Source: a virus (Duplodnaviria > Caudoviricetes). Taken from it: a DNA stretch of 25,487 bases. The notes under the pieces are model-generated. The model searched no databases. It had not been told where the DNA came from and saw nothing but the letters and a program-made list of their open reading frames with translations. Each line of letters opens with the position of its first letter. The stretch's first letter is position 1. Shown in pieces: positions 1 through 8,123 of this stretch. The translations under genes were made by a program, and so were the position numbers. Location of the stretch: IMG/VR virus record IMGVR_UViG_3300002091_000110, positions 1-25,487 of that record. One strand, 5' to 3'.

Positions 1-409
1 CCATGTCGCTGCCGCTATTCAGCCGGTCGAACCAGAAGGTAGTTACGAACCCCTGCTGGTTCTTGTTCGGGTAGCTCGCATACTCTGTCCTGCTGACAGG
101 CATGATCGTGCGATCAATGGGGTAGCCATTGCCGTTGTCGATGGTCACATAGGCGTCGAGGATGACGACCGTCGAGGGATCCACGGCATAGACCGATTGC
201 CCAGCGACAAGCGGGACGATCTCCAGATCCACTTTCCACAGGTTCACGCCTTGGTTCGACCACCGCGAAAGCATCATGTTTGTTGCCATGCGGGCGGCGG
301 TCATATGCTCTTGCAGTAGAGACGTGTTCCGTACGCCTATGATGTTGTAGGCGTATAGAACAAGCTCACCAAGAGAAGGGTTGAAGCCGTAGGAGCCGCT
401 GGTCGTCAT
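1..409 (-). CDS. Probable head-tail adaptor/neck protein (truncated at window edge)
   Basis: Read manually: ATG at 409 after AAGGAG; MTTSGSYGFNPSLGELVLYAYNIIG...WSNQGVNLW...DRTIMPVSRTEYASYPNKNQQG...WFDR. Resembles adaptor proteins found downstream of capsid genes; frame open to the window end. Confidence 0.65.
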   Translation of the reverse strand, partial: MTTSGSYGFNPSLGELVLYAYNIIGVRNTSLLQEHMTAARMATNMMLSRWSNQGVNLWKVDLEIVPLVAGQSVYAVDPSTVVILDAYVTIDNGNGYPIDRTIMPVSRTEYASYPNKNQQGFVTTFWFDRLNSGSDM

Positions 410-421
410 TGTGGCTCCTTG

Positions 422-763
422 TTACCAACTGCCGTTGCCGCCTGCCTGCAGGACTGTCGTGAGCGTGGATCCGTTCCCGGAGTTCTGGACGGTGCGGACG
501 GCGGTAACAGGCTGCGTGATGAAACCTTCCGTCGTCGCGATCTTGGCGGTCAGGGCTGCCAGCGGGAACCATGTGGCGGTGGCCACACTGAACGTGGGAG
601 CGGAGATGTCATCGTAGGTGTACTGGGTCGTAAAATTGACCGTGCCGGTCACGACAACCGCAACGGCGACATTGACGGGGTCCGTCCAAGTATCGATTGC
701 CACGATGGGCGAACTTGTCGCGCCACCGGATGCATCAGTCGTGGCCACTACAATCGGCCGCAT
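422..763 (-). CDS. Small beta-rich virion structural protein (hypothetical)
   Basis: 113 aa, T/V/A-rich, co-oriented within the structural operon. Confidence 0.6.
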   Translation of the reverse strand: MRPIVVATTDASGGATSSPIVAIDTWTDPVNVAVAVVVTGTVNFTTQYTYDDISAPTFSVATATWFPLAALTAKIATTEGFITQPVTAVRTVQNSGNGSTLTTVLQAGGNGSW

Positions 764-797
764 GTGCGTGACCTCACTCTTTCATGAATCGAGCAGC

Positions 798-824
798 GAA
801 AGAGAGGCGGGGCCGAAGCCCCGC
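798..824 (-). terminator. Weak intrinsic terminator / stable hairpin
   Basis: Minus strand GCGGGGC-UUCG-GCCCCGC followed by CUCUCUUUC. Confidence 0.5.
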
Positions 825-830
825 GCCCAA

Positions 831-1118
831 TCAATCGTAGCGGTTCTTGCTGCTACGGCCCTTGGCGGGCGTACCGGCATGGGCAGACGACAGCGGGTTC
901 AGGTTGGACCCCGTGCGGCCACCGGACTTGCGAGCAGCGCGACCGCCGTTCTTGCGAGCAGCCACGCCACCAGCCTTGCGCTCAAGGGCTTCCGTGATCG
1001 GCTCGCCCTTGTTCGTCTTGGTGGACGTGTCCTTGAGATCCTTCTGGAAAGCCTTGTCGCCCTGACCGCCAATCTCGCTGCCGGGCATGGACTTCTTGTT
1101 ACCTTTGCGACCCTTCAT
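831..1118 (-). CDS. Small basic protein with three tandem RKxGG motifs (possible internal virion/DNA-binding protein)
   Basis: 95 aa, K/R-rich, RKAGG-RKNGG-RKSGG; GGAGGA RBS. Confidence 0.7.
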   Translation of the reverse strand: MKGRKGNKKSMPGSEIGGQGDKAFQKDLKDTSTKTNKGEPITEALERKAGGVAARKNGGRAARKSGGRTGSNLNPLSSAHAGTPAKGRSSKNRYD

Positions 1119-1133
1119 TTGATCCTCCTAGGA

Positions 1134-1586
1134 TTACGGGGCGTTGATGGCTTGGATGTACGTCACCACAAGCTGGCTGACACCGGAACCGGTGGAGGCT
1201 GGCTTGTAGAAGATCTGCACATCCGTCGCGCCGACGTTCGCCCAGAGGAGAGCGTTGGCCTGTGTGGTGGGCGGGAACGCCACGTTGCCGACAGCGGTGA
1301 TCGTGCCACCAGTGCCGACGAGTTCAGTAGCGGTCGCAGTCGTGCCGACAGTAAACGTACCGGTCCACGCCGTGGAGACGATAACGTTGATGCCGACAAT
1401 CGTGCTGTAGGCCGGGATGACGATGCTCGTTGTCACCGCGGTCGTGACGGAACCAGACTGAACCTGAGCGGACGACTGCGCCATGACGCAATAGCCGACA
1501 TCAGCCAAGTTCTGCCCCGGCGTGGTGCCCGACGACTGCAAGATGGGACCGGCGATGAGCGGTCCAGTAAAATGAGATGCACCCAT
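1134..1586 (-). CDS. Capsid-associated structural protein
   Basis: 150 aa starting MGASHFTGP, immediately after the capsid gene; AAGGAG RBS. Confidence 0.65.
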   Translation of the reverse strand: MGASHFTGPLIAGPILQSSGTTPGQNLADVGYCVMAQSSAQVQSGSVTTAVTTSIVIPAYSTIVGINVIVSTAWTGTFTVGTTATATELVGTGGTITAVGNVAFPPTTQANALLWANVGATDVQIFYKPASTGSGVSQLVVTYIQAINAP

Positions 1587-1605
1587 CTGGGTACTCCTTT
1601 TTTAA

Positions 1606-1629
1606 GGCCCCCTCATCTCTGAGGGGGCC
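1606..1629 (-). other. Perfect 10-bp hairpin just downstream of the capsid gene
   Basis: GGCCCCCTCA-N4-TGAGGGGGCC; no U-tract follows on the coding strand, so more likely an mRNA-stabilising or pause element than a terminator. Confidence 0.55.
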
Positions 1630-1639
1630 GGGACCATCA

Positions 1640-2551
1640 TTAAGCCGGGAACGAGCCCCAGAGGGCGCGCCAGTTGTAGTAGCCGAAGCTGTAGCGTTCG
1701 TAGCCCTTGACCAGAAGGTTGTCGGTTACGAAATCCACCTGCATGTCGGTTTCGAACTTGATGCGCTCCATGTAGGCGAGGCCGTCGATGTTGGTGAGCA
1801 GCATCCAGTTGCGCGGAGACGTGAGGAAGTCGTTCGTCATGAACGATTCCGGCAGGCCGCCGGCCGTGGTTAGGATTGCATTCACATCGTTGTCCGCGGT
1901 GCCGGGGCGCAGTTCCGTCTTGAGCAGGCGGATGGCCACGGGTTCGATCTGCGGGGGAACGATGAGCTTGCGGGCGCGGGCGAAGACCTTCAGACCGGCC
2001 TGATCCTTGAAGTTCGTGCGGACTGAGATCATCGCATTCAGCAGCGTGGCTTCGTTCAGATCAACGTCGATAGCCGGGCGGTTGGCAACCACGCCGCCGT
2101 CGATGGGATGGGCGGTGGAGCAGAGCGCCACGCCGTCAGCACCGACAGATGCGTTGTAGGTAGTTGCCGTGTTCAGGATCGAAGCCGCGTAGATCTCCTT
2201 CGTCTGCTGGAAGCTTTCGATGAGACCAAGGTTCGACGGGTGGAACTGGGTCTTGTACAGGTTGTCGTCAATCGCCTTGCGGGTGATGCCGTAACCCAGA
2301 CCGATTTCCACATGCTCCTGATTGTAGACGTAGCGTTCGCCAGCGCCGTTGTCGAAAGCGGTCTGACCGCCTTCGGTCTTCAACTGCGCGAGGCCGAGAT
2401 ACCGCATTTCAGCGGTACGTTCCAAGGCCATCTTGGAATCGTGCTTCGTGAAGATCTTGTCGTACTGAGACGGAATCATCTCGTACTTGCCTTCAACTCC
2501 GCGGAGACCGGGGAGCAGGAGGTCTTTGATGGCAGAAAGGTTAACAGCCAT
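1640..2551 (-). CDS. Major capsid protein (Mu gpT-like, HK97 fold)
   Basis: 303 aa; LLLPGL N-terminus, KTEGG, GADGVALCSTAHP, KLIVPP, ERYSFGYYNWRALWGS C-terminus typical of this capsid family; position in the head module. Confidence 0.88.
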   Translation of the reverse strand: MAVNLSAIKDLLLPGLRGVEGKYEMIPSQYDKIFTKHDSKMALERTAEMRYLGLAQLKTEGGQTAFDNGAGERYVYNQEHVEIGLGYGITRKAIDDNLYKTQFHPSNLGLIESFQQTKEIYAASILNTATTYNASVGADGVALCSTAHPIDGGVVANRPAIDVDLNEATLLNAMISVRTNFKDQAGLKVFARARKLIVPPQIEPVAIRLLKTELRPGTADNDVNAILTTAGGLPESFMTNDFLTSPRNWMLLTNIDGLAYMERIKFETDMQVDFVTDNLLVKGYERYSFGYYNWRALWGSFPA

Positions 2552-2565
2552 TGTCCATGCTCCTC

Positions 2566-3534
2566 TTAGATGCCAGCCGTGTTACGCGGCATTGCATTGT
2601 TGAAGCCAACAATGATTGCGTTGTAGCCCGAAGTTGAGTCGTTCCCGTTGATGCTGACCAGCGGGCTGGTCTGACCGGGGATGTAGTTTGCCAGACCGAC
2701 GATGCGGAAAGGCAGGAAGGCGTTCGCCGCAGGACCGGCTGCCGAGTTGGCGATCAGCGAGAACTGGTCCGCGAAGAAGGTGGACTGACCACTCAGCGTA
2801 TTGCCGTTGGTTTCGCCCGTCGCCGTGGAATCGTTGAAGTTGAAGCTGATATTCTGGCCGACCGATGCGAGACCCACAGCCGTGGCCGTGGTGTTCGAAT
2901 TGCCGGTCTGGACGATGAATCGAGCGTTCGGGTCGGTGATGACCTTGCACTGGATGTCGCCCGTGGCACCGGAGCCGGGCCAGTAGGAGAACCACTCCTG
3001 CCGCTTGGTAGCAGCGGAGAGGAACTGGCAGCCGTTGAAGATGCCCGCGATGGGCACGATCACCGTCACAGTGCCGGAAGCAGTGGACGTAGCGCTGATC
3101 GTCGCGCCGCTGTTGGCGACGACGGCCGTGGTCGTGCTGGACGACGTGATGGTATAGACGCCGTTCAGGTTGGCGGATGTTGCCGTCGAACCGTTGATGA
3201 TCAGCGTGGAACCAATCGGAGGTGCCCAAGCATTGGGCGTTGCGGGCGGGGCCGCGCCGCTGGTGGTGGTCGCGCCGGTAAAGGTCACCGTCAGAACACC
3301 GGAGGCGCTGGTGGTGATTGCCGTAGCGCCGACCGTCAGGGTGACGGGGCCGTAGGCCTGAGTGACGTAACCGGTGCCGACACCAGTGGCGCTGGCAGCC
3401 TGCACGACCGGGTCGTTGTTGAAGATCGGGTTGGTATTGCCGTTGGCAATGGCCATCGTGATGATCTCATACGTCGGAGACGATCCGGCACCACTGTACT
3501 GGGAGAACCCGTTCGGCGCGAAAGTGTTCGCCAT
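2566..3534 (-). CDS. Probable capsid cement/decoration protein with a Thr-rich insertion
   Basis: 322 aa; MANTFAPNGF start, IFNNDPV, GIFNGC, VITDPNARFIVQ motifs; directly upstream of the capsid gene. Confidence 0.6.
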   Translation of the reverse strand: MANTFAPNGFSQYSGAGSSPTYEIITMAIANGNTNPIFNNDPVVQAASATGVGTGYVTQAYGPVTLTVGATAITTSASGVLTVTFTGATTTSGAAPPATPNAWAPPIGSTLIINGSTATSANLNGVYTITSSSTTTAVVANSGATISATSTASGTVTVIVPIAGIFNGCQFLSAATKRQEWFSYWPGSGATGDIQCKVITDPNARFIVQTGNSNTTATAVGLASVGQNISFNFNDSTATGETNGNTLSGQSTFFADQFSLIANSAAGPAANAFLPFRIVGLANYIPGQTSPLVSINGNDSTSGYNAIIVGFNNAMPRNTAGI

Positions 3535-3632
3535 AGGTCTATCCTTATTTCAGGGAGGTCTCTAAGGTCGCGCACCGGGGCGACGGAGAACCGGGGATAT
3601 TGTTTTACTTCCCACGCCGGGGGGAAGATTGC

Positions 3633-3664
3633 AGCAATAAGCACCAAAACTGTCGGCAAGTCAA
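3633..3664 (-). promoter_or_regulatory. Putative sigma70-type promoter of the capsid operon
   Basis: TTGACT at 3659-3664 (minus), followed about 17-19 nt later by a weak GCTTATTGC -10; lies just after a terminator. Confidence 0.45.
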
Positions 3665-3684
3665 TATATCGGGATTTTGCATAG

Positions 3685-3714
3685 AAAAAACCCGTGTTTC
3701 ATGTGAAACACGGG
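3685..3714 (-). terminator. Intrinsic terminator whose stem is a parS-like palindrome
   Basis: CCCGTGTTTCA-N2-TGAAACACGGG followed by TTTTTT on the minus strand. Confidence 0.75.
3695..3710. promoter_or_regulatory. parS-like site
   Basis: TGTTTCATGTGAAACA matches 15/16 of the widespread chromosomal parS consensus TGTTTCACGTGAAACA. Confidence 0.5.
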
Positions 3715-3739
3715 CTTCGATTACTTGCTGTCCGGTGGC

Positions 3740-4258
3740 TTATTCTTCGGGAATCGGCACAGCCTCGTAGGACTTCTTCACCTTGGCGAGCGATGTGTCC
3801 TTGTTCTTGCGGTCAAACTGCCCCGGAGGGGCATCATTCAACTGCTGTTCCTTGACACGCACCTGATCCCGCGCCCGTTTCTTGTCGATGGAGCGGACTT
3901 CGTCCGAGATCTCCTGCGGGCGCTCCATCAGGATCATGCCCTTGCGCATGACAACTTCGTCCTTGCTGTCGGCAGGCATCATCTCCGGGTGGCGGCTGGC
4001 AGGCACCGGGGTCCAGCCCACGCGGCGAAGCTGGACCTGATAGGCAGGGTCTTCCTGACCCAGCACCGTGAACCGCTTCCATTCGTAGGACCAGCCGTCC
4101 GGGATCTTGTTCGGGTCCACATAGAAATCGTCGGTGCCCTCATCAAGGTCACCGATGTGCTTCCTGATCTCCTCCGCGCGCTGTTTCGCGGACTTGAGCG
4201 AAGATGTCTTCTTCTTGCTTTCGGCAATCGGGGTTTCGTCTTCCATATTTCTCTCCAT
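3740..4258 (-). CDS. Conserved phage head-module protein (W-K-R...GWxPV type)
   Basis: 172 aa, IPDGWSYEWKR...GWTPVPASRHPE...GMILMERP; TGATG coupling to the upstream gene (alternative start 4246). Confidence 0.7.
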   Translation of the reverse strand: MERNMEDETPIAESKKKTSSLKSAKQRAEEIRKHIGDLDEGTDDFYVDPNKIPDGWSYEWKRFTVLGQEDPAYQVQLRRVGWTPVPASRHPEMMPADSKDEVVMRKGMILMERPQEISDEVRSIDKKRARDQVRVKEQQLNDAPPGQFDRKNKDTSLAKVKKSYEAVPIPEE

Positions 4259-5169
4259 CAGTTGTCTCCGTTGATGCGGCCTTCGCGGATGAGCGCAAGC
4301 CGGTTCTTCGCATACTCTTCGGGCGTCTGGCCCAAGTTCTTGGCGATCTCGCGCATCTCAGGGGTGAGCGTGACCACGTTGCTCTTGGTGCCGCTGCTGT
4401 TCATGTTGCGACTCACCGGGGCCGCCGCGGGAGACGACCGGCGCTGTGCAGGCTTCGATGCCCCCGACATGGGATCATCGCCGCTGTCGCGATGCGGCTG
4501 GTTCTTCACCTGCAGCATGTCTTCGACGTAGCCGAAATACTCATCCGTATCGGCCTCCATGCCATCAGCCAGAGCCATCTGGTGAGCGGCAATCATCTTC
4601 TGGTTCAGGCGCGGGTTCCTGACGTACTCCGGGTGCGCCCGGACCCACGAAGCAGACCGCGGCGTAAGCTGCGAGGCAAAGGCCTCGACAACATCGCTGT
4701 GCTGCGGCTGCTGGGGCGGCTGCGCGGGCTGGCGTGCCTGCGCTTCCATGGCGGCCTTGCCGTTCTCCAGATCCTGCATCTTGGCGGCAATGTCAGCGAT
4801 GCGGTCATTGATCTCCGCGGCTGCATCGAAATCACCGGCCGCCAGCGCCTGACTGTAGGCCGATTTCAGGTTCGCCCGTTCCTGCTTCACGAAATCCAGC
4901 GTGTTGCCGATAAGCTGGTACTGGTTGTTAGCGACCTCGTTGTGCATCTGGTGGGCTTGGTTCGCCGCGTTCTGCGCGCGGTTTTCCGCCTCGACGCGGG
5001 CCTGCCGTTCAAGGTTCAGGCGCTCCTTGAGTTCCTGAATGCCCTCGCGCGGGCTGATCTCGCGCTTCTTCGGCTTGTCGTCGGAAGCATCCTGAATGAC
5101 GACATCGTCACCCTTGGGCGCGGCATCATCCTTCACTTCGATTTCGATTGTCTCGTTGTCTTCGGCCAT
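4258..5169 (-). CDS. Probable capsid scaffolding protein
   Basis: Start re-assigned to ATG 5169 (AAGGAG RBS); acidic N-terminus, long coiled coil, C-terminal LTPEMREIAKNLGQTPEEYAK helix pair. Confidence 0.6.
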   Translation of the reverse strand: MAEDNETIEIEVKDDAAPKGDDVVIQDASDDKPKKREISPREGIQELKERLNLERQARVEAENRAQNAANQAHQMHNEVANNQYQLIGNTLDFVKQERANLKSAYSQALAAGDFDAAAEINDRIADIAAKMQDLENGKAAMEAQARQPAQPPQQPQHSDVVEAFASQLTPRSASWVRAHPEYVRNPRLNQKMIAAHQMALADGMEADTDEYFGYVEDMLQVKNQPHRDSGDDPMSGASKPAQRRSSPAAAPVSRNMNSSGTKSNVVTLTPEMREIAKNLGQTPEEYAKNRLALIREGRINGDN

Positions 5170-5179
5170 TGGTATCTCC

Positions 5180-5566
5180 TTACCAGATGAGATCGGGGTG
5201 AGAAGCGATGCACTGAACCCGGACATCTTCAAGGATCCGGCAGTTTACACCGTTCACGATGAGCGAGTAGCCATCAGATGCACGGAACCCGGCCCATGCG
5301 CCGACTTCCAGCTTGGTGTCGCCAAACCATTCGCGATCCGCGCCCACGTTGACGCCGGTCTTCACGATGAGGCCGATCTTCCCCTGATAGATGTCCTCAT
5401 CGCGGGTCTTGTTCGTGATGATGATGCCACCCTTGGTCTTTTCCGGTCGCAGGTAGATTGCGCACAAAACCTTCGGGCCGATCAGGTTGAATCCTGAAAT
5501 GTCTCCGATCTTGTTGCGCAGATCCTCTGCCGGATCCACTTCATGCATCATAGGCATAATCGACAT
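5180..5566 (-). CDS. groES: GroES/Cpn10-like co-chaperonin
   Basis: Mobile loop EKTKGGIII, GLIVKTG, LEVG, VNGVNCRILED. Confidence 0.8.
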   Translation of the reverse strand: MSIMPMMHEVDPAEDLRNKIGDISGFNLIGPKVLCAIYLRPEKTKGGIIITNKTRDEDIYQGKIGLIVKTGVNVGADREWFGDTKLEVGAWAGFRASDGYSLIVNGVNCRILEDVRVQCIASHPDLIW

Positions 5567-5578
5567 TCTGCTCTCCAG

Positions 5579-5764
5579 TTATCCTTTGTTGATGTTCGAA
5601 ATCGCCTGATCCATAAGATCCAGCGCAGCCCGAAGGCCATCTATCTGTCCCGTCTGCCTCTTGTACTCTGCCATGTCGTTCAAAAGGCCAGCAGCGACAT
5701 CATCGCGAAGCTGTTCGATGCGCGCATCGATAAGCTTGCGCAGTTCTCGTTCAAGTCTCTCCAT
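5579..5764 (-). CDS. Small helical head-module protein
   Basis: 61 aa from ATG 5764 (GGAGAG RBS): MERLERELRKL...YKRQTGQIDGLRAALD. Confidence 0.7.
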   Translation of the reverse strand: MERLERELRKLIDARIEQLRDDVAAGLLNDMAEYKRQTGQIDGLRAALDLMDQAISNINKG

Positions 5765-5766
5765 TT

Positions 5767-5856
5767 TCTCTCCAAGCTCTCCAGCTTTATATGGGGGTGG
5801 AACGCTGGAGAGACATCCCACCCCCACCAACAGGTCAGCGCATGACTACTGACCTG
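5767..5856 (-). promoter_or_regulatory. Structured intergenic RNA: hairpin plus H-type pseudoknot next to the RBS
   Basis: 5831-5838 pairs with 5849-5856; 5818-5826 with 5792-5800; 5804-5812 with 5777-5785. Confidence 0.55.
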
Positions 5857-7830
5857 CTATTCCTCTCTTTTGCGCTTCTGGATCTCCATCTTCGCAAGGC
5901 GACCCATACCGCCGCCACCGCCCCAATGTATGTTTTTATCAATGGCGTTGGGGCCAGAGCGAACCCGGCCACCGGCCTTGCGCCCCATCATGGCAGCCAG
6001 ACCGGGAGGAGGTCCATCCATGGGAGGACCACCAGCGCCCGGCGGCGGGCCACCAGCGCCCATGGGAGGCATCCCCGGCGGCGGTGCGCCCATGGGAGGG
6101 CCACCAGCATCCATGCCCGGCGGCGGGCCGCCTGCCCCCATGGGAGGCATTATAGGCATGGGCGGGATCATGGGCGGCTTGGGTGCCGTGTTGATGTTGA
6201 TGTTGATGTTGGTCTTGCCTTTGCCCTTGGCCTTGGTCTTGCCGCCAGTGGCGCGAGCAACCCGCCCGCCGGTCTTGCGACCCCCGGACATGCCGCCAAT
6301 GTTACGGTCGGCCATGTTCGGTACGCCCATGAGGCCCATCAGGCCTCCCGTGGCACCGTTGTCCTTCATCCCCTGCTTGATGGCCCCCAAGTCGAGAACA
6401 TCGCTCAGGGGGCCGCCGACAGTCTTCTTCGCGCGGCCGCCACGCTTGAGCGGGATGGCATTCGATGTATCGAAGGTCGGGGGCTGATTGTCGCCAAGGG
6501 CTATCATTGCCGGGGGGTTGCTGGCCGCATCCCCCATGCCGGGCAAGCTGCCAGCGTTGAACGTCGGACCGGGGCCACCGGTCACGGGCGGGGGATTGAA
6601 GGCAGGTCCGGGACCGCCGGTCTGCGGAGGTTGGCCACGGCCAAAACCGCCGCGAGGCATAGGCAAGGGCATGGGCGCTTGACCGCGGCCCATGCCGCCC
6701 ATGGCGGGGTTTGAACCGACAGGCGGGTTTCCGCCCATGGTCTGAGGCATGCCGTTGCCGCGCCCCATGCCACCGGCAGGCATCCCCATGCCGCCCATAC
6801 CGCCGCCCTTCCCGCCACCCATGCCCATGCCACCGAGACTGCCGCCGCCAAACTTGGCAACGCGGCCGCCGGTCGGACGGGTGCCGTTGTTGACGTTTTC
6901 CTCGACCTTGCCACCGGCCTTGCGCCCGGTGCGGCCCTTGAGCAGCGAGTGGATCATCGCCGCTTCCTTCTTGCCGATCTTCCGGCCAGAACGGTTCGAA
7001 GAGGCGATGGACTTGTTGACGGCTTCTTCGCTGTAGCGCGGGTTCAGCGCATCCGGCACATCCTCGACATCGCCACCGGAAGCCTTGGCAGGACGACCCT
7101 TGTTATTGCGGAAGCTACGTTCTTGGCGGCTCTGTTCCTGATAATATGAATCCATCGCCTTCGCGTTGCGTGACTTTTGTTTTTTTGCGGCGGAATCATC
7201 CCTTGCCCCCATTGGCAAGGATTCCATGTAATCCTTCAGCTTTTCCTTGCTCCATGAAGAATACTTATCAGCCTCGCCGCCGTCAGCGCGCTTCTTGACG
7301 GCACCGCCGCCGCAGCAGGCCTTGCAGGTGCAGCCTTTTTCGTGGACGGACCCGCCGCGCTTCTTGTTGACGAATTCGTTGGCCGTGCCCATTGCATCGT
7401 CCAGATCGTCGGTGTGCGCGTCGGCCTTCGACAAGTGCTTGCCGTTCTCATAGTGCTTGACCTGATATTCGTTCCAATCAGGGTTCTTGTAGACCTTGGC
7501 CTGCTTGTTCGGGTTCGAACCGGTGACGGTCTTCTTCAGGCGCAGCGGAGTCGAGACGCCGTAGGTGCTGTCATTCTTGGCGCGGCCACCGGAGGCGCGC
7601 GGCTTCTGGCTGGCGTTCTTCTTGCTCGCCACGCCTTCGGCCTTCAGGTTCACCTTGCCGCCGCGCTTGAACGCACGCTTGGAGATCGGGCGAGCGCCAG
7701 TCTTCTGATTGGTCAGCATGACCGGCTCGCGCCAACCGGATGCGTCGATGTCATCCTTGTTGAGGTTCCCGGCACGCCGCTGGGCGCGCTCTTTCATCGC
7801 TCCGCGGGCCTTCTTCGACATCTCGCTCAT
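5857..7830 (-). CDS. Basic, G/P/M-rich low-complexity protein with ~14 xxxGG motifs (probable internal virion polyprotein)
   Basis: 657 aa; AGGAG RBS; FKRGG, RASGG, KKRGG, RADGG, KASGG, RKAGG, RPTGG, LKRGG, RKTGG, RATGG, RKAGG and others. Confidence 0.75.
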   Translation of the reverse strand: MSEMSKKARGAMKERAQRRAGNLNKDDIDASGWREPVMLTNQKTGARPISKRAFKRGGKVNLKAEGVASKKNASQKPRASGGRAKNDSTYGVSTPLRLKKTVTGSNPNKQAKVYKNPDWNEYQVKHYENGKHLSKADAHTDDLDDAMGTANEFVNKKRGGSVHEKGCTCKACCGGGAVKKRADGGEADKYSSWSKEKLKDYMESLPMGARDDSAAKKQKSRNAKAMDSYYQEQSRQERSFRNNKGRPAKASGGDVEDVPDALNPRYSEEAVNKSIASSNRSGRKIGKKEAAMIHSLLKGRTGRKAGGKVEENVNNGTRPTGGRVAKFGGGSLGGMGMGGGKGGGMGGMGMPAGGMGRGNGMPQTMGGNPPVGSNPAMGGMGRGQAPMPLPMPRGGFGRGQPPQTGGPGPAFNPPPVTGGPGPTFNAGSLPGMGDAASNPPAMIALGDNQPPTFDTSNAIPLKRGGRAKKTVGGPLSDVLDLGAIKQGMKDNGATGGLMGLMGVPNMADRNIGGMSGGRKTGGRVARATGGKTKAKGKGKTNINININTAPKPPMIPPMPIMPPMGAGGPPPGMDAGGPPMGAPPPGMPPMGAGGPPPGAGGPPMDGPPPGLAAMMGRKAGGRVRSGPNAIDKNIHWGGGGGMGRLAKMEIQKRKREE

Positions 7831-7851
7831 TGCCGTCTCCTAGCTAGGTGG

Positions 7852-8112
7852 TTACGGGCGTCCCCGTTTGTGCTGCCTTGCAAGATCCACGGCCTTCTGG
7901 ACAGCGTCAGCGCCGAATCGGTGAGTTGGGATGTGATGCTTCGGATGCGCCTTGGCGTGATCCTTCCTGAAATGAACGGCCGGGCCAACCTGCCCGACTT
8001 CTCCATTCCTTGGATACGGCTCGCGATTGTCCGCATGTTCCGTGCTGACAGCATGGAAATTGTGGAACTGGTGGTAGAAGTCTTCCTTGTTCAGTCGCTT
8101 GTCATGCTTCAT
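7852..8112 (-). CDS. His-rich hypothetical protein
   Basis: Start probably ATG 8112 after GGAGAG (ORF extends to 8127); C-terminal DAVQKAVDLARQ. Confidence 0.6.
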   Translation of the reverse strand: MKHDKRLNKEDFYHQFHNFHAVSTEHADNREPYPRNGEVGQVGPAVHFRKDHAKAHPKHHIPTHRFGADAVQKAVDLARQHKRGRP

Positions 8113-8123
8113 CGCTCTCTCCA

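Noticed and set aside
5777-5826. SAM-II or preQ1 riboswitch
   Set aside because: Pseudoknot topology fits, but the conserved ligand-binding nucleotides were not matched
6000-6180. Repeated CCCATGGGAGG units as a CRISPR or DNA-level repeat array
   Set aside because: Irregular spacing; explained by PPMG coding repeats; no cas genes
5870-6487. Plus-strand Pro/Gly/Met ORF mirroring the low-complexity tract
   Set aside because: CCN/GGN and ATG/CAT complementarity makes the antisense frame look similar; no independent evidence
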